Assembly: GCA_040881945.1 (NCBI GenBank)
Contig: JBBECF010000157.1
Coordinates: 13,301 to 77,300, forward strand
DNA: 64,000 bases
Source: Dongiaceae bacterium
GTDB taxonomy: Bacteria > Pseudomonadota > Alphaproteobacteria > Dongiales > Dongiaceae
Direction: 5' to 3'
Within the stretch, counting starts at the first letter, position 1. Each line of letters begins with the position of its first letter. Below, one piece after another: positions 1 to 7,510 of the stretch. Both the position numbers and the translations under genes were made by a program. The notes beneath the pieces were generated by a model. The model worked only from the letters and a program-made list of their open reading frames with translations. It was not told the DNA's origin and searched no databases.

Positions 1-2682
1 CGAGCTGCCGCCGGTTGAGGATGCGCGCGTCGAGCCGCGCCGCGAAATCGCCGAGGTCCTTGAACGGGCCGCCGGCGTCGCGGGCGCGCACCAGCGCCTC
101 GATGGCGCCAGCCCCGACGTTGCGCACCGCCGCCAGGGCGTAGCGGATGGCGCGCCCGCCGTCGGCCCCGGTCTCGACGCCGAAGCCGGCGCGCGAGCGG
201 TTGATGTCGGGCGGCAGCAGCGGGACCTTCAGGCGGTCCAGCTCCTGCTTGAAGACGTTCAGCTTGTCGGTATTGCCGAGGTCGAGCGTCATCGAGGCGG
301 CGAAGAACTCGACCGGGTAGTTGGCCTTGAGCCAGGCGGTCTGATAGGCGATCAGGGCGTAGGCGGCGGCGTGGCTCTTGACAAATCCGTAGCCGGCGAA
401 CTTGTTGACCTGTTCGAAGACTTGCGCCGCGGTCGCCTCCGGCACCCCGCGGGCGGTGGCGCCGTCGATGAAGTTGCGCCGCTGCGCCTCCATCTCCGAC
501 TTGATCTTCTTGCCCATGGCGCGGCGCAGCAGGTCGGCACCGCCCAGGCTGTACCCCGACAGCTCCTGGGCGATCTGCATGACCTGTTCCTGGTAGATCA
601 TGATGCCGTAGGTCTCGCCGAGGATGCCGGCGAGCGACGGGTGCAGGTAGTCCGGCGCCTCCTGCCCGTGCCGGCAGGCGATATAGCGCGGGATGTTGTC
701 CATCGGCCCCGGCCGGTAGAGCGCGACGACGGCGATGAGGTCCTCGAAGCGGTCGGGCTTGAGCTTGCGCAGCGCGTCGCGCATGCCCGAGCTTTCCAAC
801 TGGAACACGCCGGTCGAATCGCCGCGCCCGATCATCTCGTAGGTCCCGGCGTCGTCGAGCGGCAGGTTGGACAGGTCGACCGTTTGGCCGCGTTCGGCGA
901 TCAGGTTGCGGGCGCGCGCCAGCACGGTCAGGGTCTTGAGGCCGAGCAGGTCGAGCTTCACCAGCCCGGCCTGCTCGACGTATTTCATGCTGAACTGCGT
1001 GACCGGCATGTCGGACCGCGGATCGCGGTACAACGGCACCATCTCGTCGAGCGGCCGGTCGCCGATGACGACGCCGGCGGCATGGGTCGAGGCGTGGCGG
1101 TAGAGGCCCTCGAGCTTCAACGCGATGTCGATCAGCCGGGCCACGGTCTCGTCCTGTTCGCGCTGCTGCCGCAACTGCGGCTCGCCGTCGATCGCTTGCT
1201 GCAGGCCGACCGGATTCGCCGGGTTGTTGGGCACCAGCTTGCACAGCCGGTCGACCTGCCCGTAGGGCACCTGCAGCACGCGCCCGACGTCGCGCAGCAC
1301 GGCGCGCGCCTGCAACTTGCCGAAGGTGATGATCTGCGCCACCCGGTCGCGGCCGTATTTGTCCTGAACGTAGCGGATCACCTCGTCGCGGCGCTCCTGG
1401 CAGAAATCGACGTCAAAATCCGGCATCGACACGCGCTCCGGATTGAGGAAGCGCTCGAACAGCAGGCCCCAGCGCAACGGGTCGAGGTCGGTGATGGTGA
1501 GCGCCCAGGCCACGACCGACCCCGCGCCCGATCCGCGCCCCGGGCCGACCGGAATGCCCTGGCCCTTGGCCCATTGAATGAAGTCGGCGACGATCAGGAA
1601 GTAGCCGGGAAAGCCCATCTGGACGATGACGCCGAGCTCGAATTCCAGGCGCTGCCGGTACGGCCGCGCCGCCGCCTCGCGCGCGGCCGCGTCAACGTCC
1701 GCGCCGAATACCCGCGCCGCCAGCCGCCGCTCCAGCCCCGCCGTCGCCTGGATGCGCAGTTCCTCGGCCTCGGTGCGGCCGGGCGGCACGGGGAACGCCG
1801 GCAGCATCGGCTGGCGGGCCTCCGGCATGAAGGCGCAACGGCGGGCGACGACCAGCGTGTTGTCCGCCGCCTCGGGCAGATCGGCGAACAGGGCGCGCAT
1901 CTCGGCCGCCGGCTTGAACCAGTGCTCGGGCGTCACCCGTCGGCGGTCGGCCTGGGCGACATAGGCGCCCGAGGCGATGCAGAGCAGCGCGTCGTGCGCC
2001 TCGTACATATCGGGGTCGGCGAAGAACGCCTCGTTGGTCGCGACCAGCGGCAGGCCGTGAGCAAAGGCGAGGTCGATCAGCCGGCCCTCGATGCGCGCCT
2101 CGGCTTCGAGGCCGTGGCGCATCAGCTCGACATAGAGGCGACCGGGGAACAGCCGGGCGAGATCGGAAAGCGCGGTCGCGGCCGCGTCGTCCTGGCCTTC
2201 GCCGAGCAGCCGGCCGACCAGGCCCGCAGGCCCGCCGGTCAGCGCGATGAGCCCGTCGGTCATGCCGTCGAGCGCCGCCGGCGGTAGTTGCGGGGCCTCG
2301 CCCGGCTCGCCGTCGAGGAACGATTTGCTGACCAGCCGCAGCAGGTTGCGGTACCCGGCCTCGCTCTGGACGAGAACGACGAGCTGGTCCGGCGGCCGCC
2401 GGTGGGCGGCCCGTCGCTGGCCGTTCTCCGCCCCCGCCTGCACCGGCGCAAAGCCGCCGGCCGCGGTCTCGCGCGCGATCGCGAGCTGGCAGCCGATGAT
2501 CGGCTTCACGCCGGCGGCGCGCGCCGCGAGCGCGAATTCCAGCGCGCCGAACAAATTGCCGCTGTCGGTCACCGCCACCGCCGGCATGGCGTGGCGGCGG
2601 CACAACTCGATCAACTGCTTGATCCGGATCGCCCCTTCGGCGAGCGAATAGGCGCAGTGGACGCGCAGATGGACGAAATCGG
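1..2682 (-). CDS. dnaE: DNA polymerase III alpha subunit, N-terminal ~894 codons (3' end lies beyond the window start)
   Basis: Own minus-strand translation from the ATG at 2682-2680 gives [31 protein letters not shown] (PHP domain). Later motifs are [19 protein letters not shown] and [13 protein letters not shown] near the edge. It is absent from the ORF track because it runs off the window. Confidence 0.9.
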
Positions 2683-2732
2683 CATGCGGCATCGCGGGCG
2701 CAGGATTCCACAAGCCGGCGGCGGCGGCCAGT

Positions 2733-3845
2733 TTATTTCTGCGTCAGCCGGAACTCGATGCGCCGGTTGCGCCGGTAGGCGATCTCGTCGTCGCGCGCGT
2801 CGAGCGGCTGGAACTCGCCGAAGCCGGCGGCGGCGAGCCGCTCCGGCGCGATACCCTGGCGCACCAGAAACTCCACCACCGAGATCGCGCGCGCCGCCGA
2901 CAGCTCCCAGTTCGAGGCGATCGGCCCGGCGCGGATCGGCAACCGGTCGGTATGGCCGTCGACGCGCAGGATCCAGTCGAGGTCGGTGGGGATCTCGGCG
3001 GCGATCTCCGTCAGCCCCGCCGCCAGCTCGCCAAGCTGCGCCTCGCCCTGCGGATCGAGCCGCGCCGAGCCCGAATCGAACAGCAGCTCGGCCTGAAACA
3101 CGAAGCGGTCGCCTTCGACGCGGATATCGACGCGATTGCCGAGGGCGTCGCGCAGGCGCCCATAGAATTCGGACCGGTACGACGACAACGTCTCGCTCGC
3201 TTGGGACGGCGCGGACGCCAGCGCCGCCTTCGCCTCGTCCAGCTTCGCCTGCAACGCCGCGGCCTCGTCGTTGAGGCGCGCGACCTCCTGCTTCTGCATC
3301 ACGATCGTCTGCTCGCGCGTCTCGATGCCCGCCTTTGCTTCGGCAAGGTCGGCCGCCAGGGTTTCATTGCCCTCGGCCGCCGCGCGCAATTCGACTGTCT
3401 CGCGGTCCAGTTCGGCCACGCGGGCGGTGAGCGCCGCCATGGCGGAATCGCGTTCGGCGCTCAGGCGGGCAAGCTCGCGGCCGACCTCTTCGCGCGACCC
3501 CGCGAGACTTTCCACCTGGGTGTTGAGCGCCGCGTTGCTCTCGCGCAGGTCGAGGTTCTCCTCGTGCCGGGTGGTGAGGCTCAGCGCCGCCTTGTCCACC
3601 TGGTCGCCGAGGAACTTCAGCGCCTCGTCGCGCTTGACGGCGGCCGCGTCGATGGCCGCCATGCGCGCCTCGATCTCGGCCAGCAGCGCCTCGATCTCGC
3701 CGGCCGTCGCCTCGGCGGCGGGGTCGGCGGGCACGTCCTGAGCCGCAGCCGGCGAGACGAGCCCGAGCGCCAGCATCGCCGCGAACGCACCGCGGCCGAG
3801 AAGCCGCAAGGCCGCCGAGTTCGTCGTACTTCGTCGCGCGAGCAA
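2733..3845 (-). CDS. OmpA/MotB-like peptidoglycan-binding protein with signal peptide and long coiled-coil region
   Basis: The C-terminus ([11 protein letters not shown]...[17 protein letters not shown]...NRRIEFRL) is a classic OmpA_C domain. The middle is Ala/Glu/Leu-rich coiled coil. I prefer the TTG start at 3845 because AAGGAGG lies 5 nt upstream and it gives an n-region plus [15 protein letters not shown] signal. The longest ORF extends to 3923. Confidence 0.8.
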   Translation of the reverse strand: MLARRSTTNSAALRLLGRGAFAAMLALGLVSPAAAQDVPADPAAEATAGEIEALLAEIEARMAAIDAAAVKRDEALKFLGDQVDKAALSLTTRHEENLDLRESNAALNTQVESLAGSREEVGRELARLSAERDSAMAALTARVAELDRETVELRAAAEGNETLAADLAEAKAGIETREQTIVMQKQEVARLNDEAAALQAKLDEAKAALASAPSQASETLSSYRSEFYGRLRDALGNRVDIRVEGDRFVFQAELLFDSGSARLDPQGEAQLGELAAGLTEIAAEIPTDLDWILRVDGHTDRLPIRAGPIASNWELSAARAISVVEFLVRQGIAPERLAAAGFGEFQPLDARDDEIAYRRNRRIEFRLTQK

Positions 3846-4018
3846 GTCAGCCTCCTTCGGTCCGGCCTCGCCGCACCGGCATTCGCCGCGGCGCACCGCT
3901 GTCCGAATCGATTCTAAGTCCACGGCAAGGGCGTGGCTAGGGTGCGCAAACGACTCGTGGCGGTCCGGGCTATCGGACTCGTCCCCTGCTCCGTCGACGG
4001 GGGCTCGCGCGGCTAAAT

Positions 4019-4043
4019 TGGAATGATACTAGTAATTATTCCA
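4019..4043. promoter_or_regulatory. 25-bp near-perfect palindrome TGGAATGATACTAGTAATTATTCCA, candidate operator upstream of pqqA
   Basis: TGGAAT and ATTCCA arms flank a central ACTAGT. It sits in an AT-rich stretch about 65 bp upstream of the predicted pqqA -35. Confidence 0.35.
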
Positions 4044-4083
4044 TTCAAGACCCGGAAAACGAACATGTTTTCTTCCCCACATG

Positions 4084-4113
4084 TTGACACCATTCCGCTT
4101 GTCTGCGTATAAG
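4084..4113 (+). promoter_or_regulatory. sigma70-like promoter for pqqA (TTGACA-18 nt-TATAAG)
   Basis: TTGACA at 4084-4089 and TATAAG at 4108-4113, about 50 nt upstream of the pqqA ATG. It is flanked by two ACATGT palindromes at about 4064 and 4079. Confidence 0.5.
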
Positions 4114-4161
4114 GAGACTGTGACCTCAATCATATTAGAAAACTTCCAAGGGGGGCAAGAC

Positions 4162-4236
4162 ATGAAATGGGTTGAACCGACCTACTGTGACCTACGGCTG
4201 GGCTTCGAAGTCACCGCTTACGTCTACGTTCGTTAG
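4162..4236 (+). CDS. pqqA: PqqA precursor peptide (24 aa): MKWVEPTYCDLRLGFEVTAYVYVR
   Basis: Own translation; too short for the ORF track. It matches the PqqA signature (W3, R..G.EVT.Y with the Glu-X3-Tyr crosslink pair, C-terminal R). AAGGGGGG SD lies about 8 nt upstream, and pqqD/pqqE follow. Confidence 0.9.
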   Translation: MKWVEPTYCDLRLGFEVTAYVYVR

Positions 4237-4251
4237 CGGGTTCCCCGGGGG

Positions 4252-4275
4252 GGGGTCGGGTTTGCGCCCGACCCC
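4252..4275 (+). promoter_or_regulatory. GC-rich stem-loop just after pqqA (GGGGTCGGG-tttgcg-CCCGACCCC), no U-tract
   Basis: Perfect 9-bp stem 16 nt after the pqqA stop. It resembles the attenuator/stabiliser hairpins reported after pqqA in other pqq operons. Confidence 0.5.
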
Positions 4276-4317
4276 TCTCCAACGATCAACGCGCACCGCT
4301 TCCGCACGACGTCGACC

Positions 4318-4605
4318 ATGACGGGTGACCCTCAGATTCGGGCCATCGACTTCGTCGAGATCAACCCGCTGTACCTGTTTCGGTGGGAAGACCCGCAACA
4401 GGCCTATGTGTTGCTCTACCCGGAAGGCATCGTCAAACTCAACGGAACGGCTGGGGAAATCCTGAAGCTGTGCACCGGCGATAGAACCGTCGCGCAAGTC
4501 ATCGACGAGCTCGAGCAGAAGTTCCCGGGCGAGGCTGTCGCCGATAGTGCCCACAGGTTCCTGGAGGTCTCCCATGCCAAAGGCTGGATCAGGGTTAAGT
4601 CTTGA
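4318..4605 (+). CDS. pqqD: PqqD, PqqA-binding chaperone (RRE domain)
   Basis: 95 aa; the LYPEGIVKLNGTAGEILKLCTGDRTVAQVIDELEQKF pattern is typical of PqqD. It overlaps pqqE. Confidence 0.85.
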   Translation: MTGDPQIRAIDFVEINPLYLFRWEDPQQAYVLLYPEGIVKLNGTAGEILKLCTGDRTVAQVIDELEQKFPGEAVADSAHRFLEVSHAKGWIRVKS

Positions 4606-5725
4606 CGGTCTGGGGCAGCCGCTCTGGCTGCTGCTCGAGTTGACCTATCGCTGCCCGCTGAAGTGCCCGTGGTGCAACAATCCGGTCGATCTCGACAACT
4701 ACCGGAATGAACTCAGCACCGAGGAGTGGGTGCGCGTCATGCGCGAGGGCCGCGAGCTGGGGTCCCTGCAACTCGGATTCTCCGGCGGCGAGCCGGTGCT
4801 GCGCCCGGACCTGGAAGAGTTGATCGGCGAGGCCCATCGCCTCGGTTACTACACGAACCTCATCACCTCCGGGATGGGTCTGACGGCGGAGCGATTGCAG
4901 GCCTTCAAGCAGGCGGGCCTGCGGCAGATCCAGCTCAGCATCCAATCCTGCGATTCCACAATCACCGATTGGCTGGTCGGCAGCAACGGAGCCCACGCGC
5001 ACAAGCTGAATGTGGCGCGCGAGATCAAGGCCCATGGCTTTCCCATGGTCCTCAACGTGCCGGTCTGCCGCCAGAACATCGACCAAACCGAGCGGATCCT
5101 CGAGATGGCCGAAAGCATCGGCGCGGACTATCTCGAGTTCGCCAATCTGCAGTACTACAACTGGGCGCTGCTGAACCGGTCGGAGTTGCTTCCGACACAA
5201 GCCCAACTCAGACGCGCGGAGGCCTCGGTGAAGGCGGCGCGCGAGCGTCTCGGCAAACGGATGACGATCTATTTTGTCATCCCCGATTATTTCGACGGCC
5301 ACCCCAAGGCGTGCATGAACGGGTGGGGAGCGATCCACCTCACCATCGCGCCGGACGGCGCCGCCCTGCCCTGCCAGGAGGCGCGCGTCATCAAAGGTCT
5401 CGAATTCCCCTCCGTGCGCGACGCGAGCCTCGAGTGGATCTGGCGCGACTCGCCGATCTTCAACCGCTTCCGCGGCGACGACTGGATGAAGGACCCGTGC
5501 CGAAGCTGCGACAGCCGGCAGCAGGACTTCGCCGGATGCCGCTGTCAGGCCTACCTGCTCACCGGCGACGCCGCCAACGCCGATCCGGCCTGCAGCCGCG
5601 CGCCGCACCATCATCTGATCGAGGCGGCCGTGGCGGAAGCCGAGGGCGAGCATCGTGTCCCGCGACCGCTGGTCCTGCGCAAGCGGGGTGCGATCGCGGC
5701 CGCCCCCGTCGACCTGGGGCAGTGA
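4574..5725 (+). CDS. pqqE: PqqE radical-SAM/SPASM enzyme (PqqA Glu-Tyr crosslinking)
   Basis: LELTYRCPLKCPWCNNP (CX3CX2C), GFSGGEP, KACMNGWG, and the SPASM motif CRSCDSRQQDFAGCRCQAYLLTGDAANADPAC, collinear with canonical PqqE. ATG 4574 has GGAGG 6 nt upstream. The ORF-track start at 4547 is a GTG without SD. Confidence 0.9.
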   Translation: MPKAGSGLSLDGLGQPLWLLLELTYRCPLKCPWCNNPVDLDNYRNELSTEEWVRVMREGRELGSLQLGFSGGEPVLRPDLEELIGEAHRLGYYTNLITSGMGLTAERLQAFKQAGLRQIQLSIQSCDSTITDWLVGSNGAHAHKLNVAREIKAHGFPMVLNVPVCRQNIDQTERILEMAESIGADYLEFANLQYYNWALLNRSELLPTQAQLRRAEASVKAARERLGKRMTIYFVIPDYFDGHPKACMNGWGAIHLTIAPDGAALPCQEARVIKGLEFPSVRDASLEWIWRDSPIFNRFRGDDWMKDPCRSCDSRQQDFAGCRCQAYLLTGDAANADPACSRAPHHHLIEAAVAEAEGEHRVPRPLVLRKRGAIAAAPVDLGQ

Positions 5726-5820
5726 ATCTGCCGCACGACACTCTGGAGGGCACCGTCCTCGCAGGGATCTTGCTGACGGCGGCGCTCGCCCTGCTGATGC
5801 GCTGGCTGGGCGTCGGATAG
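5722..5820 (+). CDS. Candidate 32-aa single-TM peptide (M)NLPHDTLEGTVLAGILLTAALALLMRWLGVG, GTG start overlapping the pqqE stop (GTGA)
   Basis: Own translation. The start/stop overlap suggests translational coupling and the peptide has a hydrophobic helix. There is no convincing SD and no homology that I can assert. Confidence 0.2.
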   Translation: MNLPHDTLEGTVLAGILLTAALALLMRWLGVG

Positions 5821-5888
5821 CAGGCAAGAAGGGCAGCACGTCGGCCGGGCCGTTGCAACGGTCGGCCCGCAGGAATCGGCGGCGGCGC

Positions 5889-6392
5889 ATGGACCTTTCG
5901 ACCTTCGACATTGTAGCGCGCTGGATCCACGTCATCGCGGTCGTGACATGGATCGGGCACAACTACGCGAACGCCGTGCAACAGCCGGCGTTCCGGCCGG
6001 TCGCCCCCGACGACCCGCCGGAGGCGGCGCGCGCCGTCTTCATGGCGGCCCTGGGACGCGAGCATGCGCTGTTCCGCTATGCCTCGCTGGTCGCATGGGC
6101 CACGGGCCTGTTCATGCTGTGGTATCGCGGGCTGCTGCTCGACGCGTACATGCTGTCGGGGGACGCGGCCGCGATCGGCGTCGGGACGTGGACCGGCACC
6201 ATCATGGTGCTCAATGTGTGGCTGTTGCTGTGGCCGCATCAGCGGAAGGTGCTCGGGTTCACGCCGGCGACCACGGAAGAGCGCATTCGCTGCGCGCGGA
6301 TCACCTTCCTCACGGCGCGGACCAACACGATCCTGTCGTTTCCCACGATCTTCTTCATGGTGGCGGGGGCGCACGGGCCGCTCTTCGGATGA
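5889..6392 (+). CDS. Integral membrane protein, 4 predicted TM helices, conserved His motif (WIHVIAVVTWIGHNY)
   Basis: 167 aa from MDLSTF. Hydrophobic segments are at about 10-30, 70-90, 105-130 and 145-165. The N-terminal motif is reminiscent of CopD/PuuD-type membrane domains (recollection only). Its stop TGA overlaps the next gene's ATG (ATGATG). Confidence 0.6.
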   Translation: MDLSTFDIVARWIHVIAVVTWIGHNYANAVQQPAFRPVAPDDPPEAARAVFMAALGREHALFRYASLVAWATGLFMLWYRGLLLDAYMLSGDAAAIGVGTWTGTIMVLNVWLLLWPHQRKVLGFTPATTEERIRCARITFLTARTNTILSFPTIFFMVAGAHGPLFG

Positions 6393-7510
6393 TGGCCCGG
6401 CCGTTCAATTTCGCCGCCGGGCCGGGCATGCTGCCGGAGACGGTGCTGGCCCGCGTTCGCGAGGAACTGCTCGATTGGCGCGGTAGCGGCATGTCGGTGC
6501 TGGAGATGCCCTTCACCGGCCCGGAATTCGCCGAAATCCAGGCCGACGCCGTCGAGCGGCTGAAGCGCCTGCTGGCCATCCCCGTCAACTACCGCGTGCT
6601 GTTCCTGCAAGGCGGTGCCTACGGTCAGTTCGCCTTCGTCCCCCTGAACCTGCTACGCGGCCGGACTCGGGCGGCCTACGTCGAAACCGGCCACTGGTCC
6701 CGCCGGGCCATGACCGAGGCGCGGCGCTATTGCAGCGTCGAGACGGTGGCCAGCGGCGAACCCGACGGCTTCACGCGCATACCGCCGCGCGACGTCTGGC
6801 GGCTGTCCCCGGACGTGGCCTACTGCCACATCACGACCAACGAGACGGCCCAAGGCGTGCAGTTCCATTGGACGCCGGAGACCGCGGCGGTGCCGCTCGT
6901 CGCCGACATGACCTCCGATTTGCTGTCCCGACCGATCGACGTGGCGCGCTACGGCCTGATCTACGCCAGCGCCCAGAAAAGCATCGGTCCGGCGGGCCTG
7001 ACCATCGTCATCGTTCGCGACGACCTCCTGGGCGCGGCCCTGCCGGGAACGCCGGCGGTCTTCGACTACAAGAGGCAGGCCGACGCGGGGTCTCGGGTCA
7101 ACACGCCGCCCACCTTCGCGATCTACGTCGCCGGGCTCGTCTTCGAGTGGCTGGCGGAACAGGGCGGTCTGGCCGCGATGGAACGGCGGAACCGGCGCAA
7201 CAGCGCCAGACTCTACGCCGCCATCGACGCCAGCGGCGTCTATCGTTGCCCCGTTGCACCCCTCGACCGTTCGACGACGAACCCGTGTTTCCGGCTCGCC
7301 GACGAATCGCTCGAGGCGGATTTTCTGGCCGAGGCGCGCCGGCGCGGCCTGCTGAACCTCCAGGGACACCCGGCCGTGGGCGGCGTCCGCGTCAGTCTCT
7401 ACAATGCGATGCCCGATGCGGGCGTGGACGCGCTGATCGATTTCATGGCGACGTTCGCGCGTCGGCGCGGGCGATCGCGGCGGGAGCGAGGCGGGCGATC
7501 GGCGCCATGA
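6389..7510 (+). CDS. SerC-family (phosphoserine aminotransferase fold) PLP aminotransferase, divergent substrate pocket
   Basis: Collinear with E. coli SerC as I recall it: FNFAAGPGMLP, YRVLFLQGGAYGQFA, TNETAQG, SAQKSIGPAG (catalytic Lys), NTPPTF, GGVRVSLYNAMP. The conserved SHR is replaced by PFT, and GHR by GHP. Confidence 0.8.
   Translation: MMARPFNFAAGPGMLPETVLARVREELLDWRGSGMSVLEMPFTGPEFAEIQADAVERLKRLLAIPVNYRVLFLQGGAYGQFAFVPLNLLRGRTRAAYVETGHWSRRAMTEARRYCSVETVASGEPDGFTRIPPRDVWRLSPDVAYCHITTNETAQGVQFHWTPETAAVPLVADMTSDLLSRPIDVARYGLIYASAQKSIGPAGLTIVIVRDDLLGAALPGTPAVFDYKRQADAGSRVNTPPTFAIYVAGLVFEWLAEQGGLAAMERRNRRNSARLYAAIDASGVYRCPVAPLDRSTTNPCFRLADESLEADFLAEARRRGLLNLQGHPAVGGVRVSLYNAMPDAGVDALIDFMATFARRRGRSRRERGGRSAP

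Noticed and set aside
371-2287. 638-aa plus-strand ORF (and overlapping 328/339-aa ORFs) across the first 3 kb
   Set aside because: It is antisense to a clearly recognisable dnaE reading frame. The translation is Arg/Gly/Asp/His-rich with no motifs. This is a typical high-GC shadow ORF.
4192-4575. 127-aa minus-strand ORF overlapping pqqA and pqqD
   Set aside because: It is antisense to two genes with clear PQQ-family signatures and has no motif content of its own.
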